Numbered from the stretch's first letter, positions 51,821 through 61,784 are shown. The stretch is 64,000 nt of DNA from an uncultured delta proteobacterium (GCA_963727625.1 CAVSHR010000011.1:96001-160000), one strand, 5' to 3'. Notes: generated from the sequence alone by a model not told the origin. Translations and numbers: made by a program.

Positions 51821-51916
51821 TTGTTTCAATTTGTACGAATTTTCGCATTTCCTGCACTTATCTGTATAGCTTTGCTGCGGTTTGTGTCTGATTTACTCAT
51901 CTTTGTCATGCTTTGG
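51821..51916 (+). repeat. Phased short-motif ladder (YTG with ~10.2-bp period)
   Basis: TTG/CTG-type triplets at 51821, 51831, (51843), 51852, 51862, 51872, 51882, (51893), 51903 and 51913. Confidence 0.5.
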
Positions 51917-51940
51917 CCAACGACGTCCAGATCGCTCTGC

Positions 51941-51955
51941 TGGCACGGTTTCTGC
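51941..51955 (+). promoter_or_regulatory. sigma54 -24/-12 promoter
   Basis: TGGCACGGTTTCTGC with exact GG-N10-GC spacing, ending 46 bp before the ATG. Confidence 0.7.
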
Positions 51956-52001
51956 CTTAATCACGGGTGAAAATCCCGACGATCCCGAGGAGGTTAGTGC
52001 C

Positions 52002-52205
52002 ATGGACGAAATTCTCACCGCCAGCGAAGTAGCCGAACTTTTGCAGATTCACCCCCGGACGGTTTACAAGCTCGTCAAAGAGGGATCTCTGCCGGGCCGG
52101 AAATTCGGCGGCGGCTGGCGCTTCAGTCGTTCCGAGATCCTTGCGATGGTTTCGCCTCAAGGCAGCCCGCCGGCGCCGCGCAAGCTGCACACCGAAGAGC
52201 GTTAG
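52002..52205 (+). CDS. Stand-alone excisionase/BldC-like (HTH_17) DNA-binding protein
   Basis: ILTASEVAELLQIHPRTVYKLVKEGSLPGRKFGGGWRF; GGAGG RBS. Confidence 0.88.
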   Translation: MDEILTASEVAELLQIHPRTVYKLVKEGSLPGRKFGGGWRFSRSEILAMVSPQGSPPAPRKLHTEER

Positions 52206-52376
52206 CGTCGACGTTTTTTTTTGGTCCCGGTATTCTTCAATCTCTGCGCCGACCGGAGTTTTACTGTTTCGCTCGGCGCACTGCGGTCCTGCTCGCCGTC
52301 CTTCGGCTTGACTTCTCGTTCGATCCAACGCTAGCTAGTAGTAGCATCGAGAATTTAAACCAAACAGGATGGGTTC

Positions 52377-53552
52377 ATGAGCGGTGCACTGAGCGGAATA
52401 AAAGTCATTGAAGCGGCAAGTTATGTTACCGGGCCATTTGCCTCGCAGCTTCTGGCGGACATGGGCGGGGAAATCATCAAAATAGAAGAACCCAAACAAG
52501 GCGACCCGTTTCGCGGCTGGGGCGAGCGAAATTATGCCGCGACATTTTGCAGTCTCAATCGCAACAAGCGTAGCCTATCTCTCGATTTGCGCAGCGATCA
52601 AGGACGCGATATCGCCCTCAAGCTCGCTGTTGGGGCCGACGTGGTGATCCAAAACTTTCGTCCGGGCGTCATGGAGAAGCGCGGACTCGGCTACGAGGAT
52701 ATCAAAAAATTAAATCCAAAAATTGTTTACTGCTCGATCTCGGGGTTCGGCCCAAACGGACCCTACCGGGATATGCCGGGCTACGATACCGTCGGTCAGG
52801 CCCGTAGCGGCCTGTTAAGCCTTCTCACCGATCCGGGAAAACCTCAGGGTATGGGAATTTCGTTTTCAGATCACTTGACCGGCATGTACGCCTGCTACGG
52901 TGTTCTGAGCGCCCTGGTGAACCGTCTGCTCACAGGCGAGGGGCAGCATATCGAAACCTCTCTGCTGCGCGCGTCGCTGTCTTTTATCAGTGAAAACGCC
53001 GCGCGTTACTTCGAGACCGGCCATGTGCCGCGGCGCAAGGACCGCACCACGACGGCCGGAGTTTTCGCATTCGAGGATCAGGACGGTCTGCCGTTCGTGT
53101 TGCATATGTCGTCGCCCGATAAGTTCTGGCGCAATATGTTCGAAGTGGTTGGTAAGCCGGAATGGAGCGATGATCGGCGCTTCAGCGATCGCAAGGGTCG
53201 AATAGAAAATTATGATGTCTTGGTCGAGCAGCTGCGCCCGATCTTCGGCGCCGGGCGGCGCGCTGACTGGCTGCGCCGGTTGACCGAGAAAGACGTTCCC
53301 GTCGCGCCGATCAACACGCTCGACGAAGTTTTCGCCGACCCGCAGGTGCGCGAGTACGGCTTCCCCATCGAGGTAGAACATGCGAAGATGGGCAAGATGA
53401 AGCTGATCGGTAACGCCGTCGATATGAGCCGGACGCCGCCGAGCATCGACCGGCCGCCGCCGACGTTAGGGGAGCACACGGAAGAAATTCTGACGTCGAT
53501 TGGTTATGAAGCGGCGAAGATCGCCAAACTCCGCGAACAAGGGGTGATCTAG
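52377..53552 (+). CDS. Family III CoA-transferase (CaiB/BaiF)
   Basis: NRNKRS, NFRPG, SISGFG, PGYD and PPTLGEHT motifs. Confidence 0.93.
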   Translation: MSGALSGIKVIEAASYVTGPFASQLLADMGGEIIKIEEPKQGDPFRGWGERNYAATFCSLNRNKRSLSLDLRSDQGRDIALKLAVGADVVIQNFRPGVMEKRGLGYEDIKKLNPKIVYCSISGFGPNGPYRDMPGYDTVGQARSGLLSLLTDPGKPQGMGISFSDHLTGMYACYGVLSALVNRLLTGEGQHIETSLLRASLSFISENAARYFETGHVPRRKDRTTTAGVFAFEDQDGLPFVLHMSSPDKFWRNMFEVVGKPEWSDDRRFSDRKGRIENYDVLVEQLRPIFGAGRRADWLRRLTEKDVPVAPINTLDEVFADPQVREYGFPIEVEHAKMGKMKLIGNAVDMSRTPPSIDRPPPTLGEHTEEILTSIGYEAAKIAKLREQGVI

Positions 53553-53620
53553 AGAAATTCGGTGTCGCCGTGCGCGAGCAGTGGAAGCCCCGCACCCCAG
53601 CGGTTTGAAGCAGCTGCCTT

Positions 53621-54088
53621 ATGCGTCATCCCAGCTTAGTCTCCCTATCGCACGATCATCACCATGGGTTGGCTCTGGCCTTGCGCTGTCGAAAACAGGC
53701 GTTAGGTCAGTTGAGGCCTATGGGCGCTGCCGGCCTGCGCCAACGCGCCGAGGAAGTTTTGGAGTTTTACGAAAAGAATTTGGTTTGCCACTTTCGCGCT
53801 GAGGAAGAAGTTTTGTTCCCCTCCCTACGAACTTTGGTGCCGCAAAGCGCCGCGCTTATCGACGAGCTGCTGCGCCAGCACGACCACATCCGCCGGGCGA
53901 TGCCCCAACTCGAATCGGGCACGGGCTTGGCGAAACTGATCTTCGATCTAGGCGACCTGATCGAGACTCACATTCGCAAGGAAGAGCGTGAGCTGTTTCC
54001 CATCTTCGAAAAACTCATGGCACCGACTCACGCCGAAGCCATTGGCGCGGAACTTAAGAAAGTTCTCGAGAGCCCAGCCCAGGGATAG
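53621..54088 (+). CDS. Hemerythrin-domain protein
   Basis: LSHDHH, HFRAEEEVLF and HIRKEERELF motifs. Confidence 0.85.
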   Translation: MRHPSLVSLSHDHHHGLALALRCRKQALGQLRPMGAAGLRQRAEEVLEFYEKNLVCHFRAEEEVLFPSLRTLVPQSAALIDELLRQHDHIRRAMPQLESGTGLAKLIFDLGDLIETHIRKEERELFPIFEKLMAPTHAEAIGAELKKVLESPAQG

Positions 54089-54107
54089 GGCGCGCGGAGA
54101 CTTTTCG

Positions 54108-54461
54108 CTACTCCATGATTTTGAGCAAAACATGGCGGCGATTTTTCGTGTAGGGTCTGACCTGCTTCGGCCATCGGCCATCTTCGATCGCTTTGTCCCA
54201 TGCGGCACTGGTTAACACCTCCGGACTCTCCAATTCATAAATCGCGGTGTAGATCGGCTCGTTGGAAATCTCGATCGTTTTGCGCTCGCCGCCGATGTTC
54301 ATCGTCAGCGTGGCCCGTTTATAGCGGGTGATGCCGACCACGCCGGGCACCTTGCTCAAGTTGGGCACATGCTCCTGGTCGTAGACTTCGTTGAAGATCG
54401 CTTCATGTGTAGGATCCACGTCCATGCTGGCGATCATCAAGTATTTTGCTTTGCCGGCCAT
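54108..54461 (-). CDS. EthD/DUF4286-like dimeric alpha+beta barrel protein
   Basis: FNEVYDQEHVPNLSKVPG and YTAIYELES motifs. Confidence 0.7.
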   Translation of the reverse strand: MAGKAKYLMIASMDVDPTHEAIFNEVYDQEHVPNLSKVPGVVGITRYKRATLTMNIGGERKTIEISNEPIYTAIYELESPEVLTSAAWDKAIEDGRWPKQVRPYTKNRRHVLLKIME

Positions 54462-54501
54462 GATGCAATCTCCTCGCGCAATTTTTATTGAAAAGTTGCA
54501 A

Positions 54502-54864
54502 TTACATCCCCAAGAAGGCCGAAATCTCCGGTGCGGGGGATTTTATTTCGACGACTATAGATTCTTCGATGCCCTCGACCCCATGGGGCACGCCCTTCGG
54601 ATGGCGGCATACATCGCCGGGCCCGAGGATGTACTCTTCTTTTCCGACGGTCATTTTGACTTTGCCTTTTACCACGTAGGCCAGTGATTCGTGCGAGTGC
54701 ACGTGCAGCGGGGCGCCCACACCCGGTGTGTAGTGAATTTCCAAAAAAGTCATTTCGTCGCCCTTGATCAACGGCTTGACGATCAGATCGCCGCCAAACA
54801 TCGGTTTGCCTTCGATGGACTTGACGACGATGCCTTTGACGTCGGAGTTTCTTGACAAAATCAT
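54502..54864 (-). CDS. Cupin-domain protein
   Basis: PLHVHSHESLAYVVKG...PKGVPH; start at ATG 54864. Confidence 0.88.
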   Translation of the reverse strand: MILSRNSDVKGIVVKSIEGKPMFGGDLIVKPLIKGDEMTFLEIHYTPGVGAPLHVHSHESLAYVVKGKVKMTVGKEEYILGPGDVCRHPKGVPHGVEGIEESIVVEIKSPAPEISAFLGM

Positions 54865-55062
54865 CCTGCGCTCCTGGTTGCGACGATTGCGGAACAATTG
54901 AGCGTCGCAGCAAAAAATCTTCTTGAGTCTAACGACGCGTACCGAGGATGTCAATCCAACTTTAAGAATCTATGGCAGCAGCTTTTAATGTATCCGTTGT
55001 CGCTACGGATGATGCGAGGAATGATGGCCGCGCGAAATTTCTTAGGCGCGGCGGATGGATCA

Positions 55063-55346
55063 ATGACGATCCTGGGTTTTATCATCGCTTTGTTGCTGTC
55101 GGGTTTGGCGCTGGAGTGGCGGCCTCGCCTGTTATTTTATCATCCCCAATTTGATACGCTTCTGGCTATTCTCGATGTGGTGGGTATCGCCCTGAACCGC
55201 AATTCGTCCTGGGGCTGGTTTCTGCTTTTTTTCCGTGCGTTTATATCGCTTGTGTCGCCGAGAGTTTGATCAGGACGCTTTTGGGTTGTTTGTTGTTGAG
55301 CGGTGGCGTCACGTTCGTGACCTATTCCGCCGGCAAGGGTTTCTGA
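55063..55346 (+). pseudogene. Possible frameshifted small membrane protein
   Basis: The hydrophobic ORF ends at 55269. A hydrophobic continuation, LIRTLLGCLLLSGGVTFVTYSAGKGF*, runs in an overlapping frame. Confidence 0.3.
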
Positions 55347-55540
55347 TAGGATAGCGCGGCGCTGCTTAGGATTTCATTTCTTTGCCGTTTATTTGAATGC
55401 GAGGTTTGACTTGTTCGTCGCGCAATCTAGCAAAATTTTTGTTTTGTTTCGATTGGGCTGCGTGATCGGTCGGACGGGGGTAAACGAGTGGAAGTATTTG
55501 TTTCCGCGGTGCAGATTTAGCGGGAGTGAGAGTTGCGTCT

Positions 55541-56521
55541 ATGAATATTGACATCCATTCGCATTTTTTTCCCATCGAAGCGTTGCAAAATCCTGGTAAA
55601 TTCGAGGAACGAGCGCCGAAGCTAACGCTTGATCAAGGCAGGCTGTCGGTAAAATCTCAGATCGGCGTGAGAGCCGGCCTTGGAGCGGGAGCGTACGATC
55701 CGATAGCCAGGATCAGGGCGCTCGATGAGATGAACATCGACGTGCAGGCGATCTCGCCATCGCCGATTCTATTGTTTTATTGGGAAGAGCCCGCCGTTGC
55801 CGCGCACTTCTCGCGCAAACAAAACGAGGCGATTTATAACGTCGTCCGAAAGCATCCGGAACGGTTTGTCGGGTTCGGCAGCGTGCCCCTGCAAAGTATC
55901 CCCGATTCAATCGCGATCGCGGAAGAGGCAAATAACATGGGGCTTAAGGGTCTCGAGATCGGTAACGCCGTCGGCGAGCGACCGCTCGACGATTCGCTGT
56001 TTGAACCGTTTTTCGAGGCGGCGCAAGCACTCGGCCTTTTGCTGTTCGTTCATCCCCTCGAGGGCGGTGTCGACGCCGGCGATCCGCTTGCCGGAGTCCT
56101 CGGCAATGTTCTGCAATTCACTTTTCGAACGACAATGATGGTCGAACGCATGATCGTCAAGGGCATGTTTGACAAATATCCGAACTTGCGGCTCTGTTTG
56201 TCCCACGGCGGCGGCTTGCTGGCATTCAATATCTGGCGCCTCGATCATTCCTACAGTATGCGTGCCGACCTGAAAAAGACCATGTCGCGGAAACCTTCCG
56301 AATATCTGAAAATGCTCTATTTCGATTCGATCGTTCATTCCGTCGCAGCCTTGCAGTATTTGGTCGAGGTAGTTGGCGCGGACCGTGTTGTCGTGGGCAC
56401 GGATTATCCGATGTCGATGGGTGATTTTCAATCGGTCGACAAAGTCGGGCAGCTCGCAATTGCGGAGGAATCGCGAAAACAGATACTCGGCGGCAACGCG
56501 ACGAAGGCGCTCAATCTTTAG
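55541..56521 (+). CDS. Amidohydrolase_2 family protein (ACMSD-like decarboxylase/hydratase)
   Basis: IDIHSH, FVHP, SHGGG and GTDYP motifs. Confidence 0.88.
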   Translation: MNIDIHSHFFPIEALQNPGKFEERAPKLTLDQGRLSVKSQIGVRAGLGAGAYDPIARIRALDEMNIDVQAISPSPILLFYWEEPAVAAHFSRKQNEAIYNVVRKHPERFVGFGSVPLQSIPDSIAIAEEANNMGLKGLEIGNAVGERPLDDSLFEPFFEAAQALGLLLFVHPLEGGVDAGDPLAGVLGNVLQFTFRTTMMVERMIVKGMFDKYPNLRLCLSHGGGLLAFNIWRLDHSYSMRADLKKTMSRKPSEYLKMLYFDSIVHSVAALQYLVEVVGADRVVVGTDYPMSMGDFQSVDKVGQLAIAEESRKQILGGNATKALNL

Positions 56522-56563
56522 GGTTAGAAAGTATCCCGTCGCACCGGCGAGCAGGCTTTCCAA

Positions 56564-57607
56564 TCACTCTATCCGGTAAAACCTTTTTGCATTGTCGCAA
56601 AGTATCTTTTGCTTGGCGCTGTCGGAAAGCTCCGGGCGGGCGAGCAGCTCGGGAATGTCTTTCAAAAATTCCCCGTAAACTCGCTCGTGCGGATAGTCTG
56701 ACGGGAACATAATACGGTCCTCGCCTATAACCTGAGTGACGTAGGCCAGCGAGGTTTCCTCCGGTTCGCAGGTGACGTAGACGGGGCAGTGCTTGATGTA
56801 GTCGCTGGGTTTTTTCTTCATATCGGGGAACGAGCGGCCGCCGCGGGTTTCGTATTCATAATCCAGCCGGTCCATCATGTAAGGCAGCCAACCGCAACCG
56901 GCTTCAAGAAACGCGATCTTCAGTTTGGGAAACTTTTCCAACACGCCGTCGCAAACTATGCTGGTAAATTGGATCATCAGCGGAAATGGATGCTCGAGCG
57001 CGTGGACCTGTCCCTGATCTTCGAAATAGTCAAAGCCGAAACCGCGGCTCGGCGCACCGTGGACTCCGAGCGGCACGCCGAGCTCTTCGGCGGCTCGAAA
57101 GATCGGGTGAAAGTCCGGATGGCCGTAAGCTTTGTTCATCACCGTCGCGGACGGAAGAAAGGCGCCGACCATGCCGAGCTTTTCCACCGCATAGTGCAGT
57201 TCGTCGACGGCGCCCAAGGGATCTTGGATCGGCAGGACAGCGACGCCTTTAAGACGCGAGTCTTTTTTGATGTAGCGAGCGTGAAACCAGTTGTTGTAGG
57301 CGCGTGAAACCGAACCGGCCCAATTTGGGTCCTGCACCAAGCCGATGGCCAGAGCGGCGGTGGGATAAAGCACCGTGCTGTCGAGGCCCATGTTATCGAC
57401 GAACTTGATCACGTCTTCGGGTTGCGTTTCGGTTACTTTATCGGGGCGTCCGGCGCCCAAGCCACGCGGCCAACCGTCGAGCGAAGGAAACAAAGCGTAC
57501 GCCCGGGCCCGCCGCATACCGTGAAATTTGCCTTCAAAGTATTCTTCGATCTCCTCAGGGTTCTCGTAGATATGGCCGTCGGCGTCAATGACTTTGGGTT
57601 TTTGCAT
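56564..57607 (-). CDS. Amidohydrolase_2 family protein
   Basis: IDADGH, GVHG, LEAGCGWLP and SDYPH; start at ATG 57607. Confidence 0.88.
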   Translation of the reverse strand: MQKPKVIDADGHIYENPEEIEEYFEGKFHGMRRARAYALFPSLDGWPRGLGAGRPDKVTETQPEDVIKFVDNMGLDSTVLYPTAALAIGLVQDPNWAGSVSRAYNNWFHARYIKKDSRLKGVAVLPIQDPLGAVDELHYAVEKLGMVGAFLPSATVMNKAYGHPDFHPIFRAAEELGVPLGVHGAPSRGFGFDYFEDQGQVHALEHPFPLMIQFTSIVCDGVLEKFPKLKIAFLEAGCGWLPYMMDRLDYEYETRGGRSFPDMKKKPSDYIKHCPVYVTCEPEETSLAYVTQVIGEDRIMFPSDYPHERVYGEFLKDIPELLARPELSDSAKQKILCDNAKRFYRIE

Positions 57608-57900
57608 AAGTTCCCCTTTCAAAATCTCCAGCACGAATTATGCACTCTTAACTAAGCCGTGACGTGATTTTCTGTCAAGGTGGAATTTTCATGGCCGCGA
57701 TTGGCTATTATCGAGCGGCACAGGCGATCGCGAATACTGGCCGGTTTACGCTGAGGCGGATAGGGTCGGCTGTGCCATCGGCATCCATGGCGGCGCGCAT
57801 CCCGATAGAAAGGATGTTCGACATCGGATAGCTTCACACTCCCTGCCCGGTTTTGCTGCGCCCCGAGCCGAGTCATCTTGTGCGCGCGGAGAGGGCCCAG

Positions 57901-58809
57901 TTATGTCGGTTCTTCTTGGATACGGCCGACTACCGGACCCCAAGCTTTGACCTTGCTCTCGCTTTGGATTTTGTCGCCTTCGAATTGGGCAAGCCGGCGG
58001 GTTTTTTCCTGAAGTTCCTTGTTTAGGTTTTCGCACTCTGTAGAGAGGCGTTTGATCAGTTTGCCGATCTCGACCTCCTTGGCTGCGGTGGCCTGAATCA
58101 GAGACTCTTTATGCTTTATCGTCGCTTCTTGTTGCTCCAAGCGGATCGCATTGTCGCGCGCAGCATTTTCCAATTCGTTAATTTTTGTATGAAAATCGGT
58201 TTCCAAATTGTGCAGTGCGTTGTTCTTGGCTTGAACCATTGCATCCCGCTTGGCAAGTTGCGCTTTTAACGCCGCAATTTCTTGGGTAAGGGGCTCGACA
58301 TTTAACTGGGCGCAGTTTTCGTTAGATTGGTCGCCTCGATCCGGCTCCTGTTTGCGCCTTAAGAATGAAGTCACCTCGGTCGTGAGGTTTAGGAGCTCCT
58401 GTTCGCGCTGGCTAAGCTGAATTTCCTTTTCGCGCAAGCGCTTTTCCATCTCCGCAAGCTGCGCCTTTGTTGTCTTTTCCAAGACAGCGTACGCGATAGT
58501 GCGTTCTTGTAGTGCCGCTTTGCTCTGTTCGAGCTGGCGGCGTAGATTTATCAGTTCGGTCTGGTGCGTTTCTTCGAATCGTTGAGCCCACTCAGTCTGG
58601 TTAATTGCGTTCTGATAGGCCCGGTCGGCGAAGGTGTTGATTTTGTCGATGTAATCAAACAATTGGTTGGCCTGGATTTCTATATCAAGGATACTATTGG
58701 CATCGGCTAGCGATGATGATTGATCTTCGGTGGAGCCTTGCTCACGCTCCACTGCGTGACAGGCAGCATCCTGCTGGATAGTTTCGGGTATGTGTTGTTC
58801 ATCCTGCAT
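57901..58809 (-). CDS. Coiled-coil protein with an internal duplication, function unknown
   Basis: Q/E/K/L-rich heptads forming two similar helical modules. Confidence 0.75.
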   Translation of the reverse strand: MQDEQHIPETIQQDAACHAVEREQGSTEDQSSSLADANSILDIEIQANQLFDYIDKINTFADRAYQNAINQTEWAQRFEETHQTELINLRRQLEQSKAALQERTIAYAVLEKTTKAQLAEMEKRLREKEIQLSQREQELLNLTTEVTSFLRRKQEPDRGDQSNENCAQLNVEPLTQEIAALKAQLAKRDAMVQAKNNALHNLETDFHTKINELENAARDNAIRLEQQEATIKHKESLIQATAAKEVEIGKLIKRLSTECENLNKELQEKTRRLAQFEGDKIQSESKVKAWGPVVGRIQEEPT

Positions 58810-58866
58810 TAGTCCGAATCCCCTTGGCTGCGTCAGTTCCCCAGGTTGATACCAGATAAAGTTTGA

Positions 58867-58920
58867 GCAATTCTCATTCCACTGTGTTCTCCATGGGACT
58901 GTTTGCTTAAGTCATTGAAA
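58867..58920 (-). promoter_or_regulatory. sigma54 promoter with upstream IHF-like site
   Basis: TGGAATGAGAATTGC (58881-58867) and TTTCAATGACTTA (58920-58908). Confidence 0.6.
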
Positions 58921-59216
58921 TCTATATCGAAAGTGAGCTCACGCTAGAGTTTTTAATGGGTCTGTGGCAGAATGAGGCCGTCCAATATTGTCCAGTGAGG
59001 TCAGATGATGTTGTCCGGCAATGGGATAAGGGTGCCGGCTCATTCAAGATGGAGGCTTACAGGATCGTAAATGTCCGGATTGAAATGCATCGTTGATCAA
59101 AGGTAAAACTTCATTTGTGCATCGAATCCCGCTCTCCTCTCCCTTTAGCCCCTTTACCGTCCTTGCTCGATCGTGCTAGTTTCCGATGCAAATGCCACAA
59201 TTGCGAGGAATACAAC

Positions 59217-59975
59217 ATGCGGATTATCGAGAAATCTTTCAGCACCAGAAAACATGGAATCGCAGGATTTTTATCCTATCCGGAGCGCGCAGAGCCGGGC
59301 CCGGCGCTGTACTTGATCCATCCCAAAGGCGGCCTCGGCGAGTACATCAAAACGGAGACCCGAAAGTTCGCCAAGCTCGGTTACACGACTTTCGCCATCA
59401 ACGTTTTTGAGCAGCTCGGTTATCCCGAGCCGACCCATATCGTCGCGGGATCGCAAATTCAGGCCAAGACCCCTGACCCCGAATTTACCCGTGTGTTGAC
59501 TGAAGGCTGGCGCTTTTTGCTCAAACAATCCACGGTCAACCAGGAGCGGGTGGCGGTTTGCGGTTATTGTATGGGCGGGCGTATCGCAATTCACTTCGTG
59601 GCGGCGACGCCGGAGGTGCGAGCGTTTGTGGGCTACTATCCCACCGTTCGCGCCGAGCCGGATTCACCGCTGAGGCCGGTCCATCCTTCGGTCAGCGCGC
59701 GAAAGATTCGCTGCCCGTCGATCAATTTGTACGGTGCCGATGATGTCACCACCGTGGTGCCGGTACAGGAGCAGATGTGGCAGGCGTTCAAAGAGAACGG
59801 CCAACCGCTGGAATGGCATTTCTTCCCGTTCGGCGGGCATGGTTACGTCGACCCGGGAGCGCCGGGTTATAACGCCCACACCGCTGAACTTTCGTGGCCC
59901 CTGGTTGTTGATTTTTTGGAGAGGCATTTGGAATGGTCTTCGCCCGAGTGCGAAAATCCAAACTTGCCCGCTTGA
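59217..59975 (+). CDS. Dienelactone hydrolase family protein
   Basis: GYCMGG, GADD and GGHGY; start at ATG 59217. Confidence 0.88.
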   Translation: MRIIEKSFSTRKHGIAGFLSYPERAEPGPALYLIHPKGGLGEYIKTETRKFAKLGYTTFAINVFEQLGYPEPTHIVAGSQIQAKTPDPEFTRVLTEGWRFLLKQSTVNQERVAVCGYCMGGRIAIHFVAATPEVRAFVGYYPTVRAEPDSPLRPVHPSVSARKIRCPSINLYGADDVTTVVPVQEQMWQAFKENGQPLEWHFFPFGGHGYVDPGAPGYNAHTAELSWPLVVDFLERHLEWSSPECENPNLPA

Positions 59976-59996
59976 ACGGCGCGAAGATCCGAAAAC

Positions 59997-60038
59997 AAAA
60001 AAAACGCCACCTGCGAATACAAACGTAGGTGGCGTTTT
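59997..60038. terminator. Bidirectional intrinsic terminator
   Basis: AAAACGCCACCTGCG-N8-CGTAGGTGGCGTTTT, with a long A-run on the left, between convergent genes. Confidence 0.8.
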
Positions 60039-60124
60039 GCTTGGGCTGCTCTAATATCGTCGGAATCAGCTTATTTTAAGCTCCTAACAGAAGACTGCTA
60101 TGCCAGCTTTTGCGAAAACCTTCG

Positions 60125-60382
60125 CTATTCGCTTCCTCTCAGTGTGCTCTTGAAGCCGTCGATCGTGAGCTTGCCGGTGACGATGCGCTCGAAGTCCGAG
60201 CTGCTAACGTAATGATTTAATTCGGGCATCTCGACGTCCCAGTGAAAAATTTCTCCGATGGACGGGAGCGCGCCGGGCAACTTCGGGTCCTCGTGCGAGA
60301 TCGAGATATCCTGGCCGCGGTAAATGCCGCGCACAGTGGCGTGGCTTTTTCGGCACCAATCTAACACGTCCGCAAAGGTCAT
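60125..60382 (-). CDS. Hypothetical protein
   Basis: 85-aa ORF starting 2 bp after the cupin stop codon and followed by a terminator. Confidence 0.7.
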   Translation of the reverse strand: MTFADVLDWCRKSHATVRGIYRGQDISISHEDPKLPGALPSIGEIFHWDVEMPELNHYVSSSDFERIVTGKLTIDGFKSTLRGSE

Positions 60383-60384
60383 GA

Positions 60385-60816
60385 CTATTCCGCTTTCGCC
60401 GCAACCGGATTGAGCAAGTGCTCCTTCAGGCTGGTGTGGACGCCGTAAATCACCTTACCGATTTTTGGTCGCGGTTTAGGTTCGGTGCTCACCTGATAAA
60501 GGACCAATCGTTTCGTGCCGGTATTGTTGAGCTGATAGAAGAATCCCGCGGGAACATGCACAGCTTGGTGTTGCTTCAGGACAAACACTTCGCCTTCTTT
60601 GAGACCCTTCATGGTGCATTCCCCTTGGACTACGAAAAAGGTGTGATCGGAGCCGGGATGGCAGTGAAGTTCATCGTTGACGCCGGGCTCGTAGCTGTTA
60701 AGCGCGATGTGGACGCGGTCGGTCTGAGTCGGGCGCGCGTAATTGCGGCCCGTCGGCCGCCCCCACTGCGCCTCCTTCTCGACGTCCACCACGGTAATCT
60801 TGCTGATTTTGGCCAT
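60385..60816 (-). CDS. Cupin-domain protein
   Basis: LHCHPGSDHTFFVVQG...VPAGFFYQLNNTG; GAGGAG RBS before ATG 60816. Confidence 0.85.
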   Translation of the reverse strand: MAKISKITVVDVEKEAQWGRPTGRNYARPTQTDRVHIALNSYEPGVNDELHCHPGSDHTFFVVQGECTMKGLKEGEVFVLKQHQAVHVPAGFFYQLNNTGTKRLVLYQVSTEPKPRPKIGKVIYGVHTSLKEHLLNPVAAKAE

Positions 60817-61649
60817 TATGTCTCTCCTCGGTAAGTTGCTTAATTTGAGATTCTGGACAGGAGTAACATTACAGGAATTAGCGGCCAGAAGACAAGGGCG
60901 GAGTGGCGGCGGCCAGTGGACGCATTGACAAGCGCGACTTGGCTGCGTTGAAGGGGGCTCAATGCAACGCTGAAATAGGACGAGGGGTCCCATTCATATT
61001 TTACTGCGTGAAGTGCAAATCCGTTGGTTGTCGATTGTTATAATCGTATGGAGACCGCAACTGTTACAGTATCGACGGGCCTCGGCTCAAGAAGCTAAAG
61101 CGCTTAATTTTGAACTCGCTCAAGCGCAGCGTGTTGTAATGTCTCCGGTATTCCACAATCAATAAGAGCATGTTGCAATCGGTTTCAACAATATGGAGAG
61201 GGCAGCCAAAACCTACTCCACGGAAGGAGATATGCGGACGATGGCTGCTCGATATCCGAGCAAGCTTGTGCAACGCGATGGCGGACGGCGGGGATTGCGC
61301 GGTTGAGCATGCTCAAGCAAGGGGGTCTCAGCACCTGCCGAACGAGTCTCTGGTTGGCGCCACGGCGGAATCATCTGCGCTCCAACGAAACGCCCTCAGG
61401 CAGATGATTTTGCCGGATAGGCGGTTCTGGATTATTATGTTATTTGTTATATTTAAGTAAGTTTCATGTTTTATCTAGAATATGCTTAATAAGTCGGTGG
61501 TAACTTCTGGGCTAATTCGCCAATAAAATTTGTAAATGGCTAGAATAGAAGGCGAATCGCGGTTGTTAGAACTTGATGGGTGTCCCATGGCCATTGATCT
61601 CCAAGGTTCGAGTGATATCGGTAAGGCTCGACAACCAAGGGAGGTATCT

Positions 61650-61715
61650 ATGGCAGCAAAGATCGACTGCATGACCTGTCGGAAACGACCGCGGAAAAAA
61701 AACCAGAGCAAATAA
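61650..61715 (+). CDS. Candidate small protein MAAKIDCMTCRKRPRKKNQSK
   Basis: GGGAGGT RBS 4 nt before the ATG, a CxxC motif and a downstream terminator. Confidence 0.4.
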   Translation: MAAKIDCMTCRKRPRKKNQSK

Positions 61716-61784
61716 TTTGTCCGAGCGTTATGTCAATTTAGCGTCGTAATCATCACAACTCTATTCGCGCTTAGGAGCATTGGT

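Noticed and set aside
60091-60106. TGGCA-containing sigma54-like sequences (also near 10583, 7187 and 9880)
   Set aside because: They lack GC at the exact -12 position, or the spacing is off by one.
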